The notes under the pieces were generated by a model, which saw only the letters and a program-made list of their open reading frames with translations, was not told where the DNA came from and did not search any database. The position numbers and the translations under genes were made by a program. Source: Acidobacteriota bacterium (GTDB taxonomy: Bacteria > Acidobacteriota > Thermoanaerobaculia > Thermoanaerobaculales > Sulfomarinibacteraceae). From it: 64,000 nucleotides of DNA. The DNA lies in assembly GCA_015493585.1 (NCBI GenBank), contig WGCW01000004.1, forward strand, positions 497-64,496, read 5' to 3'. This document shows positions 29,666 through 37,712 of this stretch, piece after piece (position 1 is the first letter of the stretch; each line of letters begins with the position of its first letter).

Positions 29666-31493
29666 TGATTGCCATCGCGGCTGGCGTCACACCCGGCAGC
29701 CTCTCGGCGTCGGCCAGCGTGCGCGGACGGTACCTGATGAGCGCATCCCGCACTTCCCTTGAAAGACCCGGCGCGCCCTCCTCGATCAAGGCTGAAGGGA
29801 TCGCGACCGCTCCGAGGCGGTGCACCCGCTCGATCTCCCGCACGTGCCGTTCGAGATACCCCGCGTACCGCAAACGGGAGACGACGATGTCACGATCTTC
29901 TTTGGCGAGATGCGCCAGAGGCTCGATCTGATCCGCCAGACGCTGCGGATCGGCATCCTGGCGCCTGAGCAGCTGCGCCCACGTCGCCGGGCGCGTAAAG
30001 TCTATCCCGGCCGCGTCCCGCAGCCATGACCGCGTCTCACGATCCGGATGCAGTACGGTGGATTCAAGCTCGTGAGCGGTTCGTGCGCGACGCTCCCACC
30101 GCGCCTGTTCCACGTGAAACATCTTCTCCGGGACAAGCCCCAGATCAACTCCGCGCTTCATCAACCGTTCCCGCGCCGAGTCAACCCCGAGTAGAAGACG
30201 ATGCTCCGCCCTTGATGTCAGGATCCGGTACGGCTCCCTGTGATCCCGCACCACGAGATCATCGACCAGTACACCGATATACGCTTCTTCCCGGCCAAGC
30301 ACGAGCGGTTCTTCGCCCCGCAGCGAGCGAACCACGTTGATCCCCGCCATCAGTCCGAGCGCCGCCGCCTCCTCGTAGCCGGACGTCCCAAGGAGCTGAC
30401 CCGCCAGGTACAGCCCGGGGACCGCTCGCGCCTCAAGTGTGTGGCGCACCTGCTGTGAGGCGACGACATCGTACTCGACGGCGTAGCCGTAGCGGAGAAA
30501 CTCCGCACGCTCGAGCCCAGGCGTTGCGTGGATGATGGCTTCCTGAACGTCGATGGGCAGGCTCGTCGACAGGCCGTTGACATAGATGCTCTCCCCACCC
30601 AGCTCCTCCGGTTCCAGGAAGACGGTGTGCTCCTCATGGTGTGGAAACCGGACGACTTTGTCCTCGATCGAGGGGCAGTACCGTGGCCCAACCCCCTCGA
30701 TCACTCCGGAAAAGAGCGGTGAGCGATCGAGGTTGTCGCGGATGATCCGCTGCACCACCGGCCGCGTGCGCGTCACCCAGCAGACGATCCTGTTGCGCAC
30801 CTCTCGGGTCCGCCACGAAAACGCCCGCGGATCCTGATCACCGTGCTGCACCGTCACGCGCCCGAAGTCGATGCTCCCCCGGCGCAATCTCGGAGGCGTC
30901 CCCGTCTTGTACCGCCGAAGCTCGAGGCCGAGACGTTCCAGGCTTCGACCGAGGCCGTTTGCGGGCGCCTCGCCGTACCTCCCACCGGGCCGCCGGTTCT
31001 CACCGGTGTGAAGAATCCCGCGCAGAAACGTGCCCGTTGTGACGAGCACGTTTCGTCCGGAAAACCGCCGCCCATCGGCGAGCCGGACCCCCTCGATGCC
31101 ACCATCCCCGGTCATCACGCCGGTCACCTCGCCCTCGATTAGCTCGATCCCGGGCACCGCCTCCAAGAGCCTCCGCATCAGCAGCGTGTACCGCCGCTTG
31201 TCACACTGCGCCCGTGGGCCCCAGACCGCCGATCCACGCGAACGGTTGAGCACCTTGAACTGGAGCCCAGCCCGATCCGCAGCCCAGCCCTCGACCCCGC
31301 CGAGCGCATCGATCTCCGCAATCAAGTGCCCCTTGCCAATGCCACCCATCGCCGGGTTACACGGCATCTGCGCGATCGTCGACCGATGCAACGTCACAAC
31401 GGCCACCGATGCTCCCATCCGCGCCGCCGCGAGCGCCGCCTCACACCCGGCGTGTCCCGCACCCACGACGATTAGATCAAAGCACGCTCCCAT
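29622..31493 (-). CDS. mnmG: tRNA uridine-5-carboxymethylaminomethyl modification enzyme MnmG (GidA)
   Basis: DLIVVGAGHAGCEAA, GPRYCPSIEDK and AGQLLGTSGYEEAA. Confidence 0.95.
   Translation of the reverse strand: MGACFDLIVVGAGHAGCEAALAAARMGASVAVVTLHRSTIAQMPCNPAMGGIGKGHLIAEIDALGGVEGWAADRAGLQFKVLNRSRGSAVWGPRAQCDKRRYTLLMRRLLEAVPGIELIEGEVTGVMTGDGGIEGVRLADGRRFSGRNVLVTTGTFLRGILHTGENRRPGGRYGEAPANGLGRSLERLGLELRRYKTGTPPRLRRGSIDFGRVTVQHGDQDPRAFSWRTREVRNRIVCWVTRTRPVVQRIIRDNLDRSPLFSGVIEGVGPRYCPSIEDKVVRFPHHEEHTVFLEPEELGGESIYVNGLSTSLPIDVQEAIIHATPGLERAEFLRYGYAVEYDVVASQQVRHTLEARAVPGLYLAGQLLGTSGYEEAAALGLMAGINVVRSLRGEEPLVLGREEAYIGVLVDDLVVRDHREPYRILTSRAEHRLLLGVDSARERLMKRGVDLGLVPEKMFHVEQARWERRARTAHELESTVLHPDRETRSWLRDAAGIDFTRPATWAQLLRRQDADPQRLADQIEPLAHLAKEDRDIVVSRLRYAGYLERHVREIERVHRLGAVAIPSALIEEGAPGLSREVRDALIRYRPRTLADAERLPGVTPAAMAIIAGRILSRRGVDRA
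30106..30121. promoter_or_regulatory. parS site matching TGTTNCACGTGAAACA, inside mnmG
   Basis: tgttccacgtgaaaca read directly from the sequence. This is 16/16 to the degenerate consensus and 15/16 to the perfect palindrome. Confidence 0.75.
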
Positions 31494-31496
31494 CGC

Positions 31497-32849
31497 CTAC
31501 TTCCCCACGCAGAAACGCGCAAAGACCTCGTCGAGCACGTCCTCGCTTCCAACAATCCCGACCAGCTCATCGAGACTCGCCAGCGCCGCCCGGACCGCTT
31601 CAGCCGCAAGCTCGGGCTCGTCGAACCGGGCACCCTCAATCTCATCGAGCGACGTCTGCAGCTTGGCACGATGGCGCCGGTTGATGACCGCCGCACCTTC
31701 CAACTGCTCGACATCCCCACCGGCCAGCCTCTCAAGTGCGGCTTCGACATCGTCAAAGCCTTCACCGGTTTTGAGCGAGACCGGCACCCAGCCCCCACGG
31801 ACGAGCCTTTTAGACGGTGGCGCCAGGTCCGTTTTAGTCAGGATACCCACCCACGGCCGTCCATTAGTGATGCCGTTGAGGTCTCCCGGCTCTGGCTGAT
31901 CGCATGGGTGCACGACCAGCAACGCATCGGCATCGGCCGCCGCCATCCGCGCCCGCCGCACTCCCTCCATCTCCACCGGTGTTTCTCCTGGCCTGAGCCC
32001 AGCCGTGTCTACAAGCTTGACGACGAGACCGGCGATCTCTGCCTCCGCCTCGATCACATCCCGGGTGGTCCCTGGGTGCGGTGAGACAATGGCCCGCTCC
32101 GACTTCAAGAGCGCGTTGAAGAGCGTGCTCTTGCCCGCGTTCGGGACACCGACGATGGTCATGCGGATCCCCTCACGAATCCTCTCGCCGCCGGCTGCCG
32201 TCGCCAGGAGCGCCCCAATCTGGGCAACGATGGACCTCCGCACCGGCTCGAGTTCGGAGGCTGGCGTGATAATCCCCTGCCCCGCGAAATCGATCCCAGC
32301 CTCAATCCGGGCCAAAAGACCCGTCAACTCCTGACGGAGCTGCTGGACACGGCCGGAGAGACGGCCCTCCATCTGAGCGCGCGCCACCTTCAGTTGCCAT
32401 GAGGTCTCAGCTGCGACAAGGTCTGCGATACCTTCAGCTTGGATGAGATCCATCTTTCCATTGGCGACGGCGCGCCTCGTGAATTCACCGGGCTCTGCCG
32501 CCCGGCACCCGGCGCTGATCAACGCGTCCATCACCGCGTTCGTCACCGCGGGCGAGCCGTGAACAATCAGCTCGAGCATGTCCTCCCCGGTATAGCTCCG
32601 TGGCCCGTGATACGGGATGACAACGCCGCTCTCGATCCGTTCCCCGGCAGCAGAGGTGAGGCCCGTCAGCTGAGCAAACCATGCCTTCGAAAAATCGAGA
32701 CGAGGACAGACGGCGGCCGCAACTTCTCGAACACCAGCGCCGCTGACGCGCAGGATGGCGAGCGCACCCCTGCCGGGCGCCGTCGCCGGGGCGACAATGG
32801 TGTCAGCGTTCCCGGCGAGGCCGGACGACCACACGCTTGAGAAAGCCAT
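31497..32849 (-). CDS. mnmE: tRNA modification GTPase MnmE (TrmE)
   Basis: TIVAPATAPGRGALAILRVSG, GVPNAGKSTLFNAL and the C-terminal CVGK. The start is taken at the internal ATG 32849. The tracked ORF to 33113 overlaps jag. Confidence 0.9.
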   Translation of the reverse strand: MAFSSVWSSGLAGNADTIVAPATAPGRGALAILRVSGAGVREVAAAVCPRLDFSKAWFAQLTGLTSAAGERIESGVVIPYHGPRSYTGEDMLELIVHGSPAVTNAVMDALISAGCRAAEPGEFTRRAVANGKMDLIQAEGIADLVAAETSWQLKVARAQMEGRLSGRVQQLRQELTGLLARIEAGIDFAGQGIITPASELEPVRRSIVAQIGALLATAAGGERIREGIRMTIVGVPNAGKSTLFNALLKSERAIVSPHPGTTRDVIEAEAEIAGLVVKLVDTAGLRPGETPVEMEGVRRARMAAADADALLVVHPCDQPEPGDLNGITNGRPWVGILTKTDLAPPSKRLVRGGWVPVSLKTGEGFDDVEAALERLAGGDVEQLEGAAVINRRHRAKLQTSLDEIEGARFDEPELAAEAVRAALASLDELVGIVGSEDVLDEVFARFCVGK

Positions 32850-33390
32850 GCCCCTCAGACTCGGTTTCCACCCTGGGATCTTCGGCCAGGGCCACGTGCA
32901 CGATCCGGCGAGCGGCCGGCGCCATGGTTGGTAATGTGACGGGTTGACGTTTTCGCGCTGCCCGGTCGGCCGCATCGAGCGCCATGTCTTCAAGCTTGAC
33001 GGCTCGCCTCTGCTTGAATCCAGATGTGTCGAGATGGATTGGGAGGTGCTGGCGTCCACGGCGATCCGCGACCCGGTTTGCAAGGTACTGAAGCGCATCA
33101 AGCGCCTGGCCACCGTTTGTTGTCAGCAACGTTGTGTCTGCCCCTTCGAGCTCGCCCTTGAGCACACCGTCCTCCTCGGCCAGTTGCACGCGCAGCGCCA
33201 GCGAACCGGCGGCGAACATCTCCGCGAAGAAGAGCCCGAGGACGGCGACGGTGTCGATATCCGCCTCGATGGTTACACCGTCCGCGCCCTCTCTGAGAAC
33301 GTCGTACCGGATCTCTTCCATCCGCGCCCCGAGGTCGCGGCAGGCCGCCGAGAGCGCCTCGTCCAGGCTCGAACCGTGAAACGTCTTCAT
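32803..33390 (-). CDS. Jag/KhpB-like RNA-binding protein (Jag_N, KH, R3H)
   Basis: MKTFHGSSLDEALSAACRDLG (Jag_N) ... LPTMAPAARRIVHVAL...ETESEG (R3H-like). ATGA overlap with the yidC stop. The tracked ORF to 34026 is an antisense-of-frame extension through yidC. Confidence 0.8.
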   Translation of the reverse strand: MKTFHGSSLDEALSAACRDLGARMEEIRYDVLREGADGVTIEADIDTVAVLGLFFAEMFAAGSLALRVQLAEEDGVLKGELEGADTTLLTTNGGQALDALQYLANRVADRRGRQHLPIHLDTSGFKQRRAVKLEDMALDAADRAARKRQPVTLPTMAPAARRIVHVALAEDPRVETESEGHGFLKRVVVRPRRER

Positions 33391-35096
33391 GCCTTTTTCC
33401 TCTTTGGCTTTCCGCCCTTCGCCGCGCCCTTGCGCTCTCCCATCAAGGCGAAGGTCACCTCTTGCTGAAGGATGGTCAGGACGTTGTTCGTCAACCAGTA
33501 CAGGACGAGACCCGATGGAAATCCAAGAAACATGATGCCGAAGATCAGCGGCATCAGCCGGAACATCTTCTGTTGCTGGGCATCTCCGGCCTGCGGCGCC
33601 AGCTTTTGCTGGAGCCACATCGTGAAGGTCATCAGGATTGGCGTAATGTAGTAGGGATCCTTTGCCGAGAGATCGTGAATCCACCAAATGAACGGGGCGT
33701 GCCTCATCGTGATCGAGTAGGCGAAGAGCGTGTACAGCGCCCACAGGATTGGGAGCTGAATCAACATTGGGAGACACCCGCCCATCGGGTTGACCCCCTC
33801 GACCTTGTACAGCTCCATCATCTCCTGGTTCATCTTGGCCCGCATCTGCGGGTCGCCCTTGTGCTTCTTGTACTTCTCCTGAATCGCCTTGACCTTCGGC
33901 TGGACCTTCTGCATCTTCCGCATCGAGACGGTCGACTTGTGCATGAAGGGGAAGAGAACAATTCGGATCAGCAGTGTCAGGAGAATGATTGCCAGCCCAT
34001 AGTTGCCAACCCGGTCGTAAATCCACCGGAGAACCTTCAAGAAGAAGACGGAGATCGGATTGAAAATGCCGAAATGCAGCGTTTTCTCGATCCCGTGATC
34101 GACCTTCTGGAGCAGGTTGTACTCCTTGGGCCCGGCAAACAGCTCCCCATGAAGAACCGGCCCCGGCGCCCCGACGAGCACCTCAAGAACCGTTCGCTCT
34201 CCAGCCTTTTCCTTCTTCTTCTTTGCCGACGCGGTGACCTTCTCCGGCTTCACAGGAAGCTGGAGCGGAACGATTTGAACGCTGGCCCCTTCCCCAATCG
34301 GTCGCAGGACGTTGAGAAAATACGTGTCCTCGAATCCGGCAAACCCCATCGGCGGAACGGCGAGCGTCTTCGTGCCGTGGACCTTCTTGCGCTTGAACCG
34401 CTCGAGTTTGCCGTTCGCGTAGACCGCCACGTTCCCCCACGTCGCGAAGCGGTTGGCTTTTTCGAGCTTCCCGATGTTCCGCATCCCGGTTCCAACCGAC
34501 ATGACTGGCGCCGGCTCGGTACCGGCGACCGTAATTTCGACCTTCACCTGGTAGGACTCTGGGACGAGTTGGACGATTTTTGTTACTTCGGCCTTCGTGT
34601 CACACCAGTGGAACCGGACACCGCCCTTGATCTTCTCGACTGAGTACAGGCGCTCGTCCGGCTGTCCGCCGTCAACGAGCTGCAGCGGGTAGGTCCGTGC
34701 GGCGAGGTTGACACGCTGCACGAGATCAAGCGGATTTCCCTCGTCATCATCGTATTTCTTCAGGATCAACGATGTCACGTCGGCTCCACGATTGTCGAGC
34801 CTCAGCTTGACGAGATTGTTTTCGAGGACCAGCGTTTGCTCGCGATCCGCGGCGTCCGGTGTCGTCGAGCACGCTGCTGTGCGCGTGACTGGGGAGGTCT
34901 CTGCAGCTGGGTGCCCGGTTCTTGGAACGGCGGGAGGCACGGGTTCTCGCTTGGCCGTCGCTGCGTGCGCCGCCACCTGCTTGCCTACCGCCGTGGCTGC
35001 CTGCCGCGGTGCCGGCTTCGGTGGGGGAAAGATGATCGTCCACACGGCGAAGATGATCGCCGAAAGAAAGAAGGCCAGTACGAGTCGTTTTTCCAT
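33387..35096 (-). CDS. yidC: membrane protein insertase YidC (long periplasmic-domain type)
   Basis: 569 aa with an N-terminal TM, a large periplasmic domain, and a conserved core: FPFMHKSTVSMRKMQKVQPKVKAIQEKYK...GCLPMLIQLPILWALY. Confidence 0.93.
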   Translation of the reverse strand: MEKRLVLAFFLSAIIFAVWTIIFPPPKPAPRQAATAVGKQVAAHAATAKREPVPPAVPRTGHPAAETSPVTRTAACSTTPDAADREQTLVLENNLVKLRLDNRGADVTSLILKKYDDDEGNPLDLVQRVNLAARTYPLQLVDGGQPDERLYSVEKIKGGVRFHWCDTKAEVTKIVQLVPESYQVKVEITVAGTEPAPVMSVGTGMRNIGKLEKANRFATWGNVAVYANGKLERFKRKKVHGTKTLAVPPMGFAGFEDTYFLNVLRPIGEGASVQIVPLQLPVKPEKVTASAKKKKEKAGERTVLEVLVGAPGPVLHGELFAGPKEYNLLQKVDHGIEKTLHFGIFNPISVFFLKVLRWIYDRVGNYGLAIILLTLLIRIVLFPFMHKSTVSMRKMQKVQPKVKAIQEKYKKHKGDPQMRAKMNQEMMELYKVEGVNPMGGCLPMLIQLPILWALYTLFAYSITMRHAPFIWWIHDLSAKDPYYITPILMTFTMWLQQKLAPQAGDAQQQKMFRLMPLIFGIMFLGFPSGLVLYWLTNNVLTILQQEVTFALMGERKGAAKGGKPKRKKA

Positions 35097-35111
35097 GGTT
35101 CCTCTCTCTTC

Positions 35112-35342
35112 TCAGGGAACGGGATCATACCCCCCAGGATGAAATGGATGGCACCGCAAGATGCGCCGCAGACCCATCCATCCTCCCTTGAGCAGGCCGT
35201 ACTTTGCGATCGCTTGAGCGGCGTAGACCGAGCACGTTGGCTCGTAGCGGCAGGCGGGCGGGAGCAGAGGCGAGATCCACCGTTTGTACCCGGCCAGTAC
35301 CGTTACCGCCGCTCGAGCTGGGAGCGAATTCTTCTCAGACAT
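35112..35342 (-). CDS. yidD: membrane protein insertion efficiency factor YidD
   Basis: [23 protein letters not shown]...HPGGYDPVP. The start is taken at ATG 35342; the tracked ORF goes to 35372. Confidence 0.88.
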   Translation of the reverse strand: MSEKNSLPARAAVTVLAGYKRWISPLLPPACRYEPTCSVYAAQAIAKYGLLKGGWMGLRRILRCHPFHPGGYDPVP

Positions 35343-35797
35343 GACTGAAACTCCGTGACGAGATCGTTCCACGGAGCATTTTCACACCCCCTTCGCGCAT
35401 TGATCACCAGCTCCGCCGGGGGGACCATGTCAGCACGGTGAAGCCGGTACAACTCCCGGATACGGCGTTTACAGCGCGAGCGCACCACCGACCCGCCGAC
35501 CTTCCGCGATGCCGTGACTCCCAGCCGTCCGTGGCTCTCAGACGGAACGGCAAAAACGACAAGCCACCGCCCAGAGGCCCGCACGCCATTCGTGTAGATC
35601 CGCCGGTACTCACGCCGTTTGAGCAGCCTGTCAGCACGCCTGAAACGCGCCTTCGTCAGGGCGTTAGACGCGCTCGTCCCTTCCGCCTGCGGGCGCTGAG
35701 CACTTTCCGGCCGTTGCGGGTCTTCATCCTCGCGCGAAACCCGTGTTTTTTCTTCCGTCGTCTGTTGTTCGGTTGAAACGTTCTTTTCATCGTTCAT
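35303..35797 (-). CDS. rnpA: RNase P protein component RnpA with an apparent ~50-aa N-terminal extension that overlaps rpmH out of frame
   Basis: The core is [28 protein letters not shown]...[23 protein letters not shown] (RnpA signature). There is no in-frame ATG/GTG/TTG between the rpmH stop and this core. The frame is open up to ATG 35797 / GTG 35800. Confidence 0.75.
   Translation of the reverse strand: MNDEKNVSTEQQTTEEKTRVSREDEDPQRPESAQRPQAEGTSASNALTKARFRRADRLLKRREYRRIYTNGVRASGRWLVVFAVPSESHGRLGVTASRKVGGSVVRSRCKRRIRELYRLHRADMVPPAELVINARRGCENAPWNDLVTEFQSCLRRIRSQLERR
35656..35790 (-). CDS. rpmH: 50S ribosomal protein L34 (not in the ORF track; 44 aa)
   Basis: My own reverse-strand translation gives [44 protein letters not shown] followed by TGA. 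This closely matches the canonical L34 sequence pattern. Confidence 0.93.
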   Translation of the reverse strand: MKRTFQPNNRRRKKKHGFRARMKTRNGRKVLSARRRKGRARLTP

Positions 35798-35820
35798 CAC
35801 TCTCCAACGTCAGGCGCGTC

Positions 35821-35849
35821 AATGTATCCCAGCATCGTCGGCGTGTCAA
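35821..35849 (-). promoter_or_regulatory. candidate sigma70 promoter for rpmH/rnpA
   Basis: The reverse strand reads TTGACA-17 nt-TACATT, ending 23 nt upstream of the rnpA ATG. A GGAG lies 4 nt before the rnpA ATG and 11 nt before the rpmH ATG. Confidence 0.45.
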
Positions 35850-35853
35850 ATGA

Positions 35854-36072
35854 GGTTGTTGCGCTGTGCCCCATCGGCCGGAGGCAGCTTTGGAGCGCGG
35901 ACTTCAGTCCGCATCTTTTTCTACCAGAACGCGTTGAGCGTACGATGCGGACTGAAGTCCGCGCTCCCTCGGGCGCTCTCCCCACGGCCGGTTGCCTTGG
36001 CGTTAGAGGGAACATGCTTCGATCATAGTCGTATCCGCTGGGATCACACGCGTTCCGCACAGCGCAACAACC
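35854..36072 (+). mobile_element. 219-bp MITE-like palindromic element, copy B
   Basis: It has the same TIRs and the same 23-bp perfect hairpin as copy A. There are 13 substitutions and no indels, and it is in the same orientation. Confidence 0.8.
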
Positions 36073-36116
36073 AGTACCTCGCCACTGTCCGGTTCATGAT
36101 ATGCTCTCTCCTTGCA

Positions 36117-37439
36117 ATGAAGCCTTGGGATGACCTGCTCCCGCTTTTGCGTCAGATGCTCGGTGAAGACGAGTATTTGACCTGGATCGAACCGCTGACA
36201 CCTGTCCGGCTCGACGGCACAACGCTGACGCTCGAATGTCAAAACGAGATCATCGGGAACTGGGTTCGCGATCACCTCCTTCGTGACATCGAATCGGTTG
36301 CCCGCAGCCGGTTCGGCCCAAACTTTGCCATTGAGCTTGTCTATGCCGGGAACCGGCCACGAACCGCCGGCCGTAGCAACCGGCCGAAGGATTCCGCTGA
36401 CCTCCCCATTGCGACAGACTTGCGGACGACGCTCAATCCAGATTTCACGTTCGAGAGGTTCGTGATTGGGCCGTCAAACCAATTTGCCTGCGCGGCAGCC
36501 GAAGCCGTCGCCGATCGTCCCGGCCAGACCTACAATCCCCTCTTTCTCTACGGTGATTCCGGCCTTGGGAAAACCCATCTTCTCCATGCAATTGCCCACC
36601 GGCTCCTCGATTCCAAGGGCACGCCCCCCAAGGTTCTCTATCTGACCACGGAACAGTTCGTCAACGATCTGATCAACCGCATTCGGCGAAAGGAGATGGA
36701 CACCTTCCGAAAAACGTTTCGCGCCGTCGACGTACTTCTCCTCGACGACATCCAGTTCATCGCTGGGAAGGAACGAACTCAGGAAGAATTCTTTCACACG
36801 TTCAACACGCTTCAAGGAGCACGCAGCCAGGTCGTCTTCACGTCCGACGCCCGTCCGGCTGATATCCCTGGGCTCGAAGAACGCCTCCGTTCCCGCTTTC
36901 TCCAAGGTCTTCTCGCCGACATTCAACCACCCGATCTCGAAACCCGGTGTGCCATCCTGCGTGAGAAGGCACGTGCGATCGGCTGGGATCTCCCCGAAGA
37001 TGCTGTGATGTTCATCGCCCGCCGGGTTCAGAAAAACGTTCGCGAGCTCGAGGGTTGCCTCAACCGGACCATTGCCTATGCCCAGCTGACAAACCGCCCC
37101 ATTACCGTTGACCTGGTCCGTTCCGCACTTGCCGAGCTTCTCCCGGAGGAGCGTGTCACAACCCCAGCTGACATCATCCGGTTCGTCGCGCATCACTACG
37201 GTGTGCGAGTGAGCGATCTCAAAGGCCGCTCAAACCGGCGCTCAATTGCGCTGCCAAGGCAGGTCGCGATGTATTTGATCCGCACCATCCTCGAGCTTTC
37301 CTACCCCGAAATTGGGAAAATCTTCTCCAAGCATCACTCAACCGTCATCTACGCCGTCGACAACATCAACAAGACGCGCAGGTCAAATCCTGACTTCGAT
37401 GCGACCCTGACCTCGTTCAAAGAACATTTCACCGTGTAA
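36117..37439 (+). CDS. dnaA: chromosomal replication initiator protein DnaA
   Basis: GDSGLGKTHLLHAI, LLLDDIQF and the C-terminal DNA-binding domain (RSIALPRQVAMYL...HSTVIYA). The start is ATG 36117 (MKPWDDLL) or ATG 36096. The tracked ORF from 35850 reads through the repeat element. Confidence 0.93.
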   Translation: MKPWDDLLPLLRQMLGEDEYLTWIEPLTPVRLDGTTLTLECQNEIIGNWVRDHLLRDIESVARSRFGPNFAIELVYAGNRPRTAGRSNRPKDSADLPIATDLRTTLNPDFTFERFVIGPSNQFACAAAEAVADRPGQTYNPLFLYGDSGLGKTHLLHAIAHRLLDSKGTPPKVLYLTTEQFVNDLINRIRRKEMDTFRKTFRAVDVLLLDDIQFIAGKERTQEEFFHTFNTLQGARSQVVFTSDARPADIPGLEERLRSRFLQGLLADIQPPDLETRCAILREKARAIGWDLPEDAVMFIARRVQKNVRELEGCLNRTIAYAQLTNRPITVDLVRSALAELLPEERVTTPADIIRFVAHHYGVRVSDLKGRSNRRSIALPRQVAMYLIRTILELSYPEIGKIFSKHHSTVIYAVDNINKTRRSNPDFDATLTSFKEHFTV

Positions 37440-37712
37440 AGCACACGTCGTTCACCTGTTGAAAACGATCCGTTGCGCTGTGAAAAGCTGTGAAAAAATC
37501 ACCGGTCTTCTGTGGCGCGCTGTGAAAAACCTCTCTTTTCCACACCCGCCCACAACGAGTCCTCACAATCTCTCACACCTCCTTTTTCATCTATCTTCAA
37601 TCGTGATTCAATTTAGACTCACCTTCCACATTTTCACAGCCTCGACGACGATGATGATATATGCTATATTTAACATCATGAGAGACTTAGTCGTTCTTCG
37701 AAGGGGCTGTCA
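37440..37712. other. candidate oriC: DnaA-box cluster plus AT-rich unwinding region in the dnaA-dnaN spacer
   Basis: Forward-orientation boxes: TGTTGAAAA 37457, TGTGAAAAG 37479, TGTGAAAAA 37489, TGTGAAAAA 37521. Opposite-orientation boxes: TTTTCCACA 37536, CCTTCCACA 37622, ATTTTCACA 37630. In 37651..37700 I counted 16 G/C in 50 nt (gatgatgatatatgctatatttaacatcatg), which is far below the flanks. Confidence 0.75.

Noticed and set aside
31497-33113. N-terminally extended versions of tracked ORFs: mnmE to 33113, jag to 34026, pgk to 3538, purB to 62858, pdxT from 46159, engB from 10327, lon from 7980.
   Set aside because: The extensions overlap the upstream conserved gene, have Arg/Pro-rich composition, and precede the family-typical N-termini. 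Internal starts give ATGA/TGATG-type coupling with the neighbour.
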